Shown piece by piece: positions 16,754 to 26,929 of a stretch of DNA of 64,000 nucleotides (the first letter of the stretch is position 1; each line of letters opens with the position of its first letter). Position numbers and translations under genes: made by a program. The stretch comes from Faecousia sp. GTDB taxonomy: Bacteria; Bacillota; Clostridia; Oscillospirales; Oscillospiraceae. The notes below the pieces were generated by a model. The model was not told the DNA's origin and did no database searches. It was given only the letters and a program-made list of their open reading frames with translations. Location: NCBI GenBank assembly GCA_045606205.1, contig JAZURL010000046.1, positions 13,555-77,554 on the forward strand, in the 5' to 3' direction.

Positions 16754-17884
16754 ATGAAAATGACAAAGATCGATATTTATTCCGGTTTTCTTGGCGCAGG
16801 AAAGACCACCCTCATCAAGAAGATGATCCAGGAGGGCTACAAGGGCCAAAAACTTGTGCTGATCGAGAACGAATTTGGCGAGATCGGTATTGACGGCGGT
16901 TTCCTGCAGGATGCCGGCATCGACATTACCGAGATGAACTCCGGCTGCATTTGCTGCTCCTTGGTGGGTGATTTCGGCAAGGCTCTGCAGGAAGTGATCG
17001 AAAAGTTTCATCCCGACCGTGTGATTATCGAACCCAGTGGCGTGGGCAAACTGTCCGATGTACTTGCAGCCGTGGAGAAAGTCACCGGTCATGATGTAGA
17101 GCTGGGTTACACTGTTGCTGTTGCCGATGCCGGTAAGGTCAAGGTGTATATGAAGAACTTCGGTGAGTTCTATAACAACCAAATCGAGACAGCATCCACC
17201 ATCATTCTGTCCCGCACCGGCGATATCAAACAGGAAAAGCTGGATGCTTCTGTGGCACTGATTCGGGAGCATAATGCGGATGCTGCTTTGGTTACCACGC
17301 CATGGGAACAGCTGACAGGTGAGCAACTGATCACTGCCATGGAAGGCAAAAGCGTGAGGGCAGAGGACTTGGCCCAGGAAGAAGAGCACCATTGTTGTGG
17401 CCACCATCACAACCATGATGAGGAGCACCACTGTTGCGGTCATCACCACCATGATGAGGAACACCACTGCTGCGGTCATCACCACCATCATGAAGAGCAT
17501 CATTGCTGTGGTCATCACCACGGGGAGCATGAGCATCATCACGAGCATGATGAGCACTGCTCCTGCGGCTGCCATGACCATGATCACGAGCATCATCACC
17601 ATCACCACGCCGACGAGGTCTTTACCTCTTGGGGTGTAGAAACTGCCAAGAAGTTTACCCGTGAGCAGATTGAAAATGCTTTGTCTGAGCTGGATTCCGG
17701 CAAATACGGCATGGTTCTTCGTTCCAAGGGTATTATTCCTGCCCAGGATGGCACCTGGATCCATTTCGACATGGTTCCCGAGGAACATGAGATTCGCATC
17801 GGCTCTGCCGATATTACCGGCAAGCTCTGCGTGATCGGTTCGAAACTGGACGAAGCCGGTGTGGCCGCGCTGTTTGGAGTGTAA
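16754..17884 (+). CDS. COG0523/CobW-family G3E metallochaperone GTPase with His/Cys-rich linker
   Basis: GFLGAGKTT, ENEFG, GCICC, IIEPSG, CobW_C-type end (LRSKG). Confidence 0.9.
   Translation: MKMTKIDIYSGFLGAGKTTLIKKMIQEGYKGQKLVLIENEFGEIGIDGGFLQDAGIDITEMNSGCICCSLVGDFGKALQEVIEKFHPDRVIIEPSGVGKLSDVLAAVEKVTGHDVELGYTVAVADAGKVKVYMKNFGEFYNNQIETASTIILSRTGDIKQEKLDASVALIREHNADAALVTTPWEQLTGEQLITAMEGKSVRAEDLAQEEEHHCCGHHHNHDEEHHCCGHHHHDEEHHCCGHHHHHEEHHCCGHHHGEHEHHHEHDEHCSCGCHDHDHEHHHHHHADEVFTSWGVETAKKFTREQIENALSELDSGKYGMVLRSKGIIPAQDGTWIHFDMVPEEHEIRIGSADITGKLCVIGSKLDEAGVAALFGV
17378..17608 (+). repeat. Intragenic tandem repeat encoding 4x EEHHCCGHHH plus His-rich tail
   Basis: Units of about 36-39 nt visible in DNA and protein. 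Confidence 0.85.
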
Positions 17885-17885
17885 T

Positions 17886-18827
17886 ATGCAACAGATTCCT
17901 GTGTATGCATTTTCCGGCTTTTTGGATGCCGGCAAGACGAAATTCATCCAGGAGACCCTGGAAGATCCCCGTTTTAATGCCGGGGAGCGTACCCTACTGC
18001 TGGTGTTCGAGGAAGGGGAGGAGGAATACGATTTCTCTGCCTATCCCCATGATAATGTCTTCCGGTACACCTTGGATCAGCAGACAGTTACCACTAAGGA
18101 ACTGAAAGACCTTGCCAAAAAGCACAAGGTGCAGCGTGTGGTCGTTGAGTGTAACGGCATGCAGATGGTGGGCGACCTATATACACGTTTCCCGGAGGAT
18201 TGGGTGGTTGCCCAGGAAGTCATGTTTGCTGACTCTACCACCTTTATGACTTACAATGCCAATATGCGCAACTTGGTTATGGACAAGTTGGTGGGGGCGC
18301 AAATGGTGGTGTTCAACCGGTTGACACCGGGGCAGGATACCATGCCTTTGCACAAGATCGCCCGTGCAGCCAACAGGCGTATTGACATTCTGTACGATTA
18401 TACTGATGGCTCTACTGCTTTTGACGACGTGCAGGATCCGCTTCCTTTCGACATCAACGCCTCTGTCATCGAAATCAAGGACGAGGACTATGCCCTGTGG
18501 TATCGGGATGTGACGGAAGAACCCCAGAAATATGAGGGTAAGTCTGTTCGCTTTAAGGCACAGGTTGCCATGCTTCGCCGGGAACGGAACGCTATGTTTG
18601 CTCCGGGGCGGTTTGTGATGACCTGCTGTATTGATGACATTCAGTTCTGTGGTGTGCCTTGCCGTTATGCTGAGGCTCAGACCCTGGAATCCCGTTCTTG
18701 GGTAATGGTAACCGCCAAGATTACCGCAGAAAAGCATGTACTGTACCACGGCGAGCTCGGCCCGGTGCTCACAGCTATCTCTGTTGAGCCAGCCGCCCCT
18801 GCGGTAGAGGATGTTGCGACATTCTAA
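17886..18827 (+). CDS. CobW-like GTPase domain fused to a DUF1980/TIGR03943-type C-terminal domain
   Basis: GFLDAGKT Walker A, no CxCC; C-terminal GRFVMTCCIDD...WVMVTA. Confidence 0.8.
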   Translation: MQQIPVYAFSGFLDAGKTKFIQETLEDPRFNAGERTLLLVFEEGEEEYDFSAYPHDNVFRYTLDQQTVTTKELKDLAKKHKVQRVVVECNGMQMVGDLYTRFPEDWVVAQEVMFADSTTFMTYNANMRNLVMDKLVGAQMVVFNRLTPGQDTMPLHKIARAANRRIDILYDYTDGSTAFDDVQDPLPFDINASVIEIKDEDYALWYRDVTEEPQKYEGKSVRFKAQVAMLRRERNAMFAPGRFVMTCCIDDIQFCGVPCRYAEAQTLESRSWVMVTAKITAEKHVLYHGELGPVLTAISVEPAAPAVEDVATF

Positions 18828-18864
18828 AAAAAGACCGCCGGAAATTCCGGCGGTCTTCATTTTT
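18827..18864. terminator. Bidirectional terminator
   Basis: aagaccgccgga-aat-tccggcggtctt with A/T flanks. Confidence 0.75.
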
Positions 18865-20542
18865 ATTGACCGGGCTTGAAGCTGTCCTTCAGGCTGACGG
18901 AGCGGTTGAATACCAAATGATTCTCGGAGGAATCCTTGCTGTCGGGGCAGAAATAGCCCAAACGCATGAATTGGTAGGATTCGCCAGTCCGGGCATTCTT
19001 CAGGCTGGCTTCCACCTTGCAGCCGGACAGGACTTCCAGGGAATTGGGGTTCAGACAGGCCAGGAAATCCTTGTTCGCGGCATCGGGATCGGCATCGTCA
19101 AAGAGGTTACTATACTGCCGGACTTCTGCATCACAGCAGTTGTTTGCATCCACCCAGTGGATGGTGGCGCCCTTGATCTTCCGTCCGTCGGCAGGATCGC
19201 CGCCCTTAGAATCAGGATCATAGGTGGCGAGCACCTCGGTTACATTGCCATTTTCGTCGGTGACACAGCCGGTGCACTTGATTACATATGCGCCTTTTAG
19301 GCGGCACTCAGGGCCATCGGGATACAGCCGTTTGTACTTCGGGATCGGCTCTGCAAGGAAGTCGTCTGCTTCGATCCACAGATCCCGGGAGAATGTGACT
19401 TCACGGGTGCCATCTTCGGGGTTGTTGGGGTTATTCTCGATGGAGAATGTCTCGGACTGACCCTCGGGATAATTGGTGACGGTCAGCTTTACGGGTTTGA
19501 TGACAGCCATTACACGCTTTGCGGTTTCGTTCAAGTCTTCACGCAGGCAGTACTCCAGGAAAGCGTACTCAATGGTATTGGGAGATTTGGCAACGCCAAC
19601 GCGGTCACAGAAATTGCGGATGGCCTTGGGGGTATAACCACGGCGGCGCAGACCGCACAGAGTGGGCATACGGGGATCATCCCAACCGGAAACATATCCG
19701 TTTTCCACCAGTGCTCTTAGCTTGCGCTTGGACAGCACAGTATGGTCGATGCCAAGACGGGCAAACTCGATCTGCCGGGGATGATGGGGAACGGAAACAT
19801 TCTCAACCACCCAGTTATAAAGCGGACGGTGATTCTCAAATTCAAGCGAACACAGGGAGTGAGTAATACCCTCCAAAGCGTCCTGGATGGGGTGGGCGAA
19901 GTCATACATGGGGTAGATGCACCACTTGTCACCCTGGCGATGATGATGCATGTGACGGATGCGGTAGATCACCGGATCACGCATATTGAAGTTGCCGGAT
20001 GCCAGATCGATCTTCGCACGGAGCGTATACTTGTTGTCCTCAAACTCACCGGCACGCATCCGAGCGAACAGATCCAAACTCTCTTCTATCGGACGGTCAC
20101 GGTAGGGGGAGGTGGCAGGGGTGTTCAGTTCACCGCGCATTTCCTTGGCCTGTTCGGGAGTCAGTTCGCAGACATAGGCAAGTCCCTTTTTGATGAGTTC
20201 AACAGCATACTCGTAGTCCTTTTCAAAGTAGTCCGAGCCGTAGTAGAAACGGTCGCCCCAGTCAAAGCCCAGCCAGTGGATATCTTCCTTGATGGCTTCT
20301 ACAAACTCCACATCTTCCTTGGTGGGGTTGGTGTCGTCCATACGCAGGTTACACAGACCGCCAAACTTTTCAGCAGTACCAAAGTCAATGATCAGGGCTT
20401 TGCAGTGGCCAATGTGCAGATAGCCGTTGGGCTCAGGCGGAAAACGGGTATGCACCGTTTGGCCGGCGTAACGCCCGCCTTCGGCAATATCCTCTTCGAT
20501 AAATGCGTGGATGAAATTTTTACTTTCGACAATTTCAGCCAT
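18863..20542 (-). CDS. glnS: Glutamine--tRNA ligase
   Basis: TRFPPEPNGYLHIGH, YPMYDFAH, LSKRKL, WDDPRMPT, QFMRLGYF. Confidence 0.96.
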   Translation of the reverse strand: MAEIVESKNFIHAFIEEDIAEGGRYAGQTVHTRFPPEPNGYLHIGHCKALIIDFGTAEKFGGLCNLRMDDTNPTKEDVEFVEAIKEDIHWLGFDWGDRFYYGSDYFEKDYEYAVELIKKGLAYVCELTPEQAKEMRGELNTPATSPYRDRPIEESLDLFARMRAGEFEDNKYTLRAKIDLASGNFNMRDPVIYRIRHMHHHRQGDKWCIYPMYDFAHPIQDALEGITHSLCSLEFENHRPLYNWVVENVSVPHHPRQIEFARLGIDHTVLSKRKLRALVENGYVSGWDDPRMPTLCGLRRRGYTPKAIRNFCDRVGVAKSPNTIEYAFLEYCLREDLNETAKRVMAVIKPVKLTVTNYPEGQSETFSIENNPNNPEDGTREVTFSRDLWIEADDFLAEPIPKYKRLYPDGPECRLKGAYVIKCTGCVTDENGNVTEVLATYDPDSKGGDPADGRKIKGATIHWVDANNCCDAEVRQYSNLFDDADPDAANKDFLACLNPNSLEVLSGCKVEASLKNARTGESYQFMRLGYFCPDSKDSSENHLVFNRSVSLKDSFKPGQ

Positions 20543-20786
20543 ATTCTATCCATCCTCTCTCAGTGGTAAAACTCAATAATACGTCATTATAACCTATCTA
20601 CCAGATTTTTGCAACAAAAATCCGAGGCTAAACTGTATTTTCTCCCTGTTGTTGCGGCAATAATTCCGTTGGAACCGCAAAATTGTAAAAAAATGAAGAA
20701 CAATCCCCATTTTTCAAATTTTGTTGTTGTCATTTTGCATTTCATCATATAAAATAGAAGGGACAAATGAAAAGGGGGAGATTCTC

Positions 20787-21512
20787 TTGCCTAGTGTTAA
20801 GTATAAGCGCATCCTATTGAAGATCAGCGGAGAAGCATTGGCTGGCGAAGCGCATCGTGGCTTGGATTTTACAGTAATCAATTCTGTCTGCGATGTGATC
20901 AAACGCTGTACCGATTTGGGGGTACAGATCGGTGTGGTCATCGGCGGCGGCAACTTTTGGCGCGGCGTAAAGGACGGTGCGGATAAAATGCAGCGTTCCC
21001 ATGGTGATGCAATGGGTATGCTGGCAACGGTGATGAATGCCATCGCAGTTGCTGATGCACTGAATAAGCATGGCCTTGATGCCCGAGTGCTCAGCGCGGT
21101 GGAGATGAACAAGTTCTGCGAGTACTTTACGAGAGATACTGCAGACCGCTATCTCAACGAGGGGAAGGTCGTTCTGTTTGCGGCAGGCACCGGAAATCCA
21201 TACTTCACCACCGACACCGGTGCGGTGCTTCGGGGCGTTGAGATCGAGGCAGATGCCATCCTTTTGGCCAAGAATGTGGACGGCATTTACTCCGCAGATC
21301 CCAATGTCGACCCCACTGCTGTTAAGTTTGATACCCTTACTTATGACGAAGTACTTGCCCGGCATCTGAAGGCAACGGACACCACAGCAATGACACTGGC
21401 GATGGACAACCATATGACCTTGGTGTGCTTTGCTTTGAAAGACCCTGAAAATATCATCCGCGTGGTTTGCGGAGACAATATCGGAACTATTGTTAAGGAG
21501 GACGAAAAATGA
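20787..21512 (+). CDS. pyrH: UMP kinase
   Basis: KRILLKISGE, GGGNFWRG, GTGNPYFTTD; TTG start after AAGGGGGAG. Confidence 0.95.
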   Translation: MPSVKYKRILLKISGEALAGEAHRGLDFTVINSVCDVIKRCTDLGVQIGVVIGGGNFWRGVKDGADKMQRSHGDAMGMLATVMNAIAVADALNKHGLDARVLSAVEMNKFCEYFTRDTADRYLNEGKVVLFAAGTGNPYFTTDTGAVLRGVEIEADAILLAKNVDGIYSADPNVDPTAVKFDTLTYDEVLARHLKATDTTAMTLAMDNHMTLVCFALKDPENIIRVVCGDNIGTIVKEDEK

Positions 21513-22063
21513 GCGTTGATTTTAAAGAATACGGAAGAAAAATGGAAAGAACCCTGGACCACTTGGACGAAGAATTTGGTGCGGTCCGTGCCGGCCGTGC
21601 CAATGCTAAGGTTCTTGACCGCATTACCGTGGAATACTATGGAACGGAGACTGCACTGAACGGTGTTGCAAACATCTCCTCTCCTGATGCACGCACCCTG
21701 GTTATCCAGCCCTGGGATGGTTCTCTGCTGAAAGAAATTCAGAAGGCCATTTTGGCGTCCGACCTGGGTATCAATCCCCAAAATGACGGTAAGGTGATTC
21801 GTTTAATCTTCCCCCAGTTGACGGAGGAGCGTCGTCGCGATCTGACCAAGCAGGTCAAAAAGTATGCAGAAGATGCCAAGGTGGCTATGCGTAACATCCG
21901 CCGCGACGGTATGGACTACGTCAAGAAGCTGAAGAAAAATTCTGAGATCACCGAGGATGATCAGAAGAAGGCAGAGAAAGATCTGCAGGATATGCTGGAT
22001 AAGTATATCAAGAAGGTGGATGAGACTCTTGCCGCAAAGGAAAAGGAATTGATGGCGATTTAA
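21509..22063 (+). CDS. frr: Ribosome recycling factor
   Basis: RAGRAN, INPQNDG, LTEERRRDL, RNIRRD. Confidence 0.97.
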   Translation: MSVDFKEYGRKMERTLDHLDEEFGAVRAGRANAKVLDRITVEYYGTETALNGVANISSPDARTLVIQPWDGSLLKEIQKAILASDLGINPQNDGKVIRLIFPQLTEERRRDLTKQVKKYAEDAKVAMRNIRRDGMDYVKKLKKNSEITEDDQKKAEKDLQDMLDKYIKKVDETLAAKEKELMAI

Positions 22064-22128
22064 TGCCTGGTATGATTGGGGGCGGTTTCGCCCCCAATAT
22101 GCTGTTATACTGGAAAGGAGGAACATAG

Positions 22129-22848
22129 ATGGCAGATAAGAACGATAAGTTAACCCCACCCCGCCACATTGCTATTATCATGGACGGCAATGGCCGTTGG
22201 GCGAAGAAAAGGGGGTTACCCCGAACTGCCGGTCACAGCGCTGGCGGCGAAGCATTTCGCCGGATCGCCAATTACTGCCGCACCTTGGGTGTGAAGTATC
22301 TGACTGTCTATGCCTTCTCAACAGAGAACTGGAAGCGCTCCGAGGATGAAGTCTCCGGTATTATGAAGTTGCTGGCAAAATACCTGCAAGAAGCCTTGCA
22401 GGATATGGAAAAGAACCATGTTCGCTTTTGCTTCTTCGGAGATCTGAGCCGCCTCAGCCCAGAGCTTCGCAAGCTCTGCCAGGATGCTCAGAAGCGTTCC
22501 AGCGAGTATCACGAGGTCCAGGTAAATTTCTGCCTTAACTACGGCGGAAGGGACGAGATCATTCGGGGCATCAAGGCCTATGCCCAAGATATAAAGGATG
22601 GCAATGCAGATATCGATGATTTGACAGAAGAGGTATTTTCCCGCTATTTGGATTCTGCCGGGGTGCCCGATCCGGAGCTGGTGATCCGACCGTCGGGTGA
22701 ACTGCGCACCAGTAATTTCTTGCCCTGGCAGACAGTTTATTCCGAATTTGTATTTATGAACGTGCTGTGGCCGGACTTCTCACCGGATGATTTGGACGCG
22801 GCAATTGCAGAATACCATCAGCGCAATCGGCGCTTTGGAGGTGCATAA
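22129..22848 (+). CDS. uppS: Undecaprenyl diphosphate synthase
   Basis: HIAIIMDGNGRWA, AFSTENWKR, NYGGR, IRPSGELRTSNF, RRFGG. Confidence 0.97.
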   Translation: MADKNDKLTPPRHIAIIMDGNGRWAKKRGLPRTAGHSAGGEAFRRIANYCRTLGVKYLTVYAFSTENWKRSEDEVSGIMKLLAKYLQEALQDMEKNHVRFCFFGDLSRLSPELRKLCQDAQKRSSEYHEVQVNFCLNYGGRDEIIRGIKAYAQDIKDGNADIDDLTEEVFSRYLDSAGVPDPELVIRPSGELRTSNFLPWQTVYSEFVFMNVLWPDFSPDDLDAAIAEYHQRNRRFGGA

Positions 22849-22850
22849 AG

Positions 22851-23663
22851 ATGAAAATGAGAGTGATCACAGCATTGGTTTTGATCCCAGTGTTGCTTGC
22901 TGTTCTATTCATTGCACCGCCTATTCTATTTGCTATTGTCGTGGGTATCGTGTGCGCTATCGGTGCTTATGAATTGTTGTATGGCACGGGACTTGTGAAG
23001 AATTTCCGACTTGTTTGTTATTCTATGTTCTTTGCATTCTGTGTGCCGGTTTGGTGTCAGTGCGGAATGTATGTAGATGTTGCACGCCTCGGCATATTTC
23101 TGTTTACTGTATTGATCTTCGTTGAGATTTTGGTTTCTCACGGAAAGCTGGCCTTTAGTGAGGCATGCATATGCTATATCGGCGGATTACTGATTCCCTA
23201 TATGCTGTCTGCACTTGTACGCCTTATGTGCGATGGAAACGGACGCGCCGTGATTCTGATTCCCTTTATCCTTGCCTATATGGCAGATACCGGGGCGTAT
23301 TTCATCGGCTGCGCCTGGGGACGACACAAATTAGCACCCAACATTAGCCCCAAAAAGAGTGTGGAGGGCTTATTTGGCGGCATCCTGTTTGCTGTTATTG
23401 GTATGCTGGTGTATTGCCTTATTATGGATTTTGCTTTCGATGCCAATGTAAACTACCTCTATGCCATTACATATGGCATTGTCGGTGCGCTGACCGGTAC
23501 ATTTGGAGATCTTTCCTTCTCCGCTGTGAAACGGCAAGCCAGCATTAAGGACTACGGCAATCTGATTCCCGGTCACGGAGGTGTGCTGGATCGCTTTGAT
23601 TCTGTGATTTTTGTTGCACCGCTGACGGAATTCCTGCTGATGGCACTGCCTGTTTTGGAGTGA
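22851..23663 (+). CDS. cdsA: Phosphatidate cytidylyltransferase
   Basis: DTGAYF, ISPKKSVEG, GDL..S..KR..IKDYG..IPGHGGVLDRFDS. Confidence 0.95.
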   Translation: MKMRVITALVLIPVLLAVLFIAPPILFAIVVGIVCAIGAYELLYGTGLVKNFRLVCYSMFFAFCVPVWCQCGMYVDVARLGIFLFTVLIFVEILVSHGKLAFSEACICYIGGLLIPYMLSALVRLMCDGNGRAVILIPFILAYMADTGAYFIGCAWGRHKLAPNISPKKSVEGLFGGILFAVIGMLVYCLIMDFAFDANVNYLYAITYGIVGALTGTFGDLSFSAVKRQASIKDYGNLIPGHGGVLDRFDSVIFVAPLTEFLLMALPVLE

Positions 23664-23666
23664 ATT

Positions 23667-24818
23667 ATGGTAAAATGCGTTAGTATATTGGGCTCCACCG
23701 GTTCTATTGGACGGCAGAGCCTGGATGTGATCAGCCGCATGGATATGCGGGTCGCTGCTCTGACCGCAGGCACAAGCGTCGATCGTATGGCAGAGCAATG
23801 CCGGGAATTTCAACCTGTGCTGGCCGTTATGGCCACAGAAGAAGCGGCACAAAAACTACAATCGCAGATTGCAGACCTTCCTACCCGGGTTTCCTGGGGA
23901 GAAGAGGGGCTGATTGATGCGGCCACTATGGAGGGCGTTGACTGTGTGATCACAGCTGTGGTGGGCATGCTGGGTCTCAAGCCCACATTAGCCGCCATAC
24001 GCGCAGGAAAGCGCATTGGTCTTGCCAACAAAGAGACCCTTGTCTGCGCCGGTGAGCTGGTGATGCGGGAAGCAAAGGCTTACAACGCTGAGATCATCCC
24101 GGTGGATTCCGAGCATTCTGCAATCTTCCAATGCTTGATGGGCATTCGTGACAAGCGAGAGGTCAAGAAGCTGATTCTGACCTGCTCCGGCGGCCCGTTC
24201 TACGGAATGAAGAGGGAAGAGCTGACCCATGTGACCCGGGCGGATGCACTGAAGCACCCCAACTGGAAGATGGGCGAAAAGATCACCATTGACTGTGCTA
24301 CTTTGATGAATAAGGGTTTGGAAGTTATCGAGGCCATGCGGCTTTATGATCTCCCATTGGAGCAGGTGGATGTGGTGATCCACCGGCAGAGCATTGTCCA
24401 CAGCCTGGTGGAGTGCATCGACGGCGCGGTGATGGCACAGATGGGTGCGCCGGATATGCGCCTGCCCATCCAGTTGGCGCTGACTTATCCTCAGCGCATG
24501 GAGTGTCCCGTTGATGCGCTGGATCTGACAACCTGCGGCGCTCTTACCTTTGCAAAGCCGGATATGGAAGCATTTCCCTGTCTGCGTCTAGCAAGAGATT
24601 GTGCGGCCAAGGGTGGCAATGCCTGCGCTGTCATGAACGGTGCGAATGAGGCGGCAGTTGCCCTGTATCTGCAAGATAAGATTGGGTTTTATGACATTTA
24701 CGATCTTGTTCTGGGTGCGGTGCATTCCGTTCCCTATGTTGAGGATCCCAATTTGGAGCAGATCCTGGAGTCTGACCGGCTTGCCCGAGTGTATGTTGCT
24801 GAAAAAACAAGTAATTGA
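23667..24818 (+). CDS. dxr: 1-deoxy-D-xylulose-5-phosphate reductoisomerase
   Basis: LGSTGSIG, LANKE, PVDSEHSA, HPNWKMG, NKGLE. Confidence 0.97.
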   Translation: MVKCVSILGSTGSIGRQSLDVISRMDMRVAALTAGTSVDRMAEQCREFQPVLAVMATEEAAQKLQSQIADLPTRVSWGEEGLIDAATMEGVDCVITAVVGMLGLKPTLAAIRAGKRIGLANKETLVCAGELVMREAKAYNAEIIPVDSEHSAIFQCLMGIRDKREVKKLILTCSGGPFYGMKREELTHVTRADALKHPNWKMGEKITIDCATLMNKGLEVIEAMRLYDLPLEQVDVVIHRQSIVHSLVECIDGAVMAQMGAPDMRLPIQLALTYPQRMECPVDALDLTTCGALTFAKPDMEAFPCLRLARDCAAKGGNACAVMNGANEAAVALYLQDKIGFYDIYDLVLGAVHSVPYVEDPNLEQILESDRLARVYVAEKTSN

Positions 24819-24826
24819 GGCTTTTT

Positions 24827-25879
24827 ATGAGTATTATCTTCGCAATTTTAATTTTTAGTTTTTTGATTTTTGTCCACGAACTGGGTCATTTCATTGCCGC
24901 GAAACGCTCCGGCGTGCAGGTCAATGAGTTTGCCATGTTCATGGGTCCTGCTATTTGGAAAAGACGAAAAGGGGAGACCCTGTACTCCATTCGCTGTATT
25001 CCCATTGGCGGCTACTGCGCCATGGAGGGCGAGGATCAGGATACAGACAATCCCCGTTCCTTCCAAAAGGCGGCATGGTGGAAACGGCTGATCATTCTGG
25101 TAGCCGGCTCTGCGATGAATTTCATTGCCGGCATTCTCATCATGATAATCGTTTTTCTGCCTGCACAGCAGTTTGTTATGCCTACCATCTCCACCATTGA
25201 ACAGGGAAGCCTTGTGGGCGGTACGAACGGATTACAGGTAGGAGACACCTTTTTGGAAGTGGATGGCGAGAAAATTTATGTACAGTCCGATTTTTCCACC
25301 ATTCTGTCTCTGAATCCCGGAGATGTTCATGACGTCGTTGTGGAACGCAACGGTGAAAAAGTAGTTCTTAAGAATTTTGAAATGAAGAAAACCACTTTTC
25401 CAGGAGAAGAAGTGCCTCGTTATGGCTTCACTTTCTCGGTGGAAGATGCCACCTTTTCCTCTAAAATTGACTATGCATGGAAAAATGTTCTCAATGCCGG
25501 TCGGATTGTGCGTTTGAGTCTTCAAATGCTCTTTTCAGGTGAAGCCAGTGTGTCGGATATGACCGGCCCCGTTGGTATTGTCGGTCAAATGAATGATATG
25601 GCACAGGCTTCGGAGACCTGGGTAGATGCAATGCTGAATATGCTCTACTTTGGCGGCTTTATTGCCATTAACCTGGCAATTATGAACATGCTACCCATCC
25701 CTGCGCTGGATGGCGGTCGGGTGTTTGCACTTTTGATCACGACAGTCATTGTTAAGATCACCAAGAAGCCGGTGAATCCGAAAATCGAAGGTTATATCCA
25801 CGCTGGCGGTATGATCCTGCTACTGGGGTTTATGGCTGTCATTATGTTCAAGGACATTTTCACTATTTTTAAGGGGTAA
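24827..25879 (+). CDS. rseP: RIP metalloprotease RseP (M50, PDZ)
   Basis: HELGH, NMLPIPALDGG; position between dxr and ispG. Confidence 0.93.
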   Translation: MSIIFAILIFSFLIFVHELGHFIAAKRSGVQVNEFAMFMGPAIWKRRKGETLYSIRCIPIGGYCAMEGEDQDTDNPRSFQKAAWWKRLIILVAGSAMNFIAGILIMIIVFLPAQQFVMPTISTIEQGSLVGGTNGLQVGDTFLEVDGEKIYVQSDFSTILSLNPGDVHDVVVERNGEKVVLKNFEMKKTTFPGEEVPRYGFTFSVEDATFSSKIDYAWKNVLNAGRIVRLSLQMLFSGEASVSDMTGPVGIVGQMNDMAQASETWVDAMLNMLYFGGFIAINLAIMNMLPIPALDGGRVFALLITTVIVKITKKPVNPKIEGYIHAGGMILLLGFMAVIMFKDIFTIFKG

Positions 25880-25883
25880 ACCT

Positions 25884-26921
25884 ATGACAAGACAGATTCA
25901 TGTGGGCGATGTTGCCATCGGCGGCGGTGCTCCGGTGGTGATTCAATCCATGCTCAATACCAAAACCACGGATGTGGCCGGTTCCTTGGATCAGATACAC
26001 CGATTGAAAACAGCAGGCTGTCAAATTGCCCGGTTGTCCGTTCAGAATATGGAAGCCGCCCGTGGGTTCGCAGAGATTTGCAAAGAAAGTGAATTGCCCT
26101 TGGTTGCGGATATTCACTTTGATTATAAGCTTGCTATTGCGGCCGCTGAGGGCGGTGCATCCAAGATTCGCATCAACCCCGGTAACATCGGTGGCGAGGA
26201 TCGGGTCAAGGCTGTGGTGGATGTGTGCAAGGATAAGCAGATTCCTATCCGTATTGGCGTCAATGGTGGCAGCTTGGATAAGCGACTGCTTGATAAGTAC
26301 GGCCATCCTACGGCAGAAGCATTGGTGGAGAGTGCGTTTGAGCATTTGGAACTGTTGGAGAAGTACGGTTTTTACGATACCTGCCTTTCCATGAAGTCTT
26401 CTACCGTACCTACCATGGTTGCTGCTTGCCGGCTGTTCCGCAGTAAATGCGACTATCCGCTGCACATCGGTGTAACGGAGACCGGGCCGGTGAAAATGGG
26501 TATGATCAAGTCCGCTATGGGTATCGGTGCGCTGCTTTTGGACGGCATTGGCGATACCATTCGCGTCAGTCTGACCGACGATCCGGTACAGGAAGTTTAC
26601 GCGGCAAAGGATATTCTTAAGGCTGCGGGATTGCGCAAGGAAGGTGTCAATATCATTTCCTGCCCAACCTGCGGACGCACCAGCATTGACCTCATCGGAC
26701 TTGTTAACCGGGTGGATGAGGCACTGAAGGATTGCCTAAAGCCCATTACTGTTGCGGTCATGGGTTGCATTGTCAACGGCCCGGGTGAAGCAAGAGAAGC
26801 GGATATCGGCGTCGCCGGCGGCGATGGCTTCGGCATGATATTTGAAAAAGGTGTGCAGGTGGCTAAGCTGCCCTACGATGAGCTTCTGCCTGCGCTCTTA
26901 GAGAAAATTGAAAGTTTGTAA
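25884..26921 (+). CDS. ispG: HMB-PP synthase
   Basis: VADIHF, RINPGN, RIGVNGGS, ISCPTCGRT, MGCIVNGPGE. Confidence 0.97.
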   Translation: MTRQIHVGDVAIGGGAPVVIQSMLNTKTTDVAGSLDQIHRLKTAGCQIARLSVQNMEAARGFAEICKESELPLVADIHFDYKLAIAAAEGGASKIRINPGNIGGEDRVKAVVDVCKDKQIPIRIGVNGGSLDKRLLDKYGHPTAEALVESAFEHLELLEKYGFYDTCLSMKSSTVPTMVAACRLFRSKCDYPLHIGVTETGPVKMGMIKSAMGIGALLLDGIGDTIRVSLTDDPVQEVYAAKDILKAAGLRKEGVNIISCPTCGRTSIDLIGLVNRVDEALKDCLKPITVAVMGCIVNGPGEAREADIGVAGGDGFGMIFEKGVQVAKLPYDELLPALLEKIESL

Positions 26922-26929
26922 GGATATTC

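Noticed and set aside
16751-17947. 398-aa minus-strand Met/Val-rich ORF
   Set aside because: Antisense mirror of the His-rich COG0523 gene.
18863-20542. GlnRS in a Firmicute as possible horizontal transfer
   Set aside because: glnS is common in clostridia, and no compositional or mobility signal is visible.
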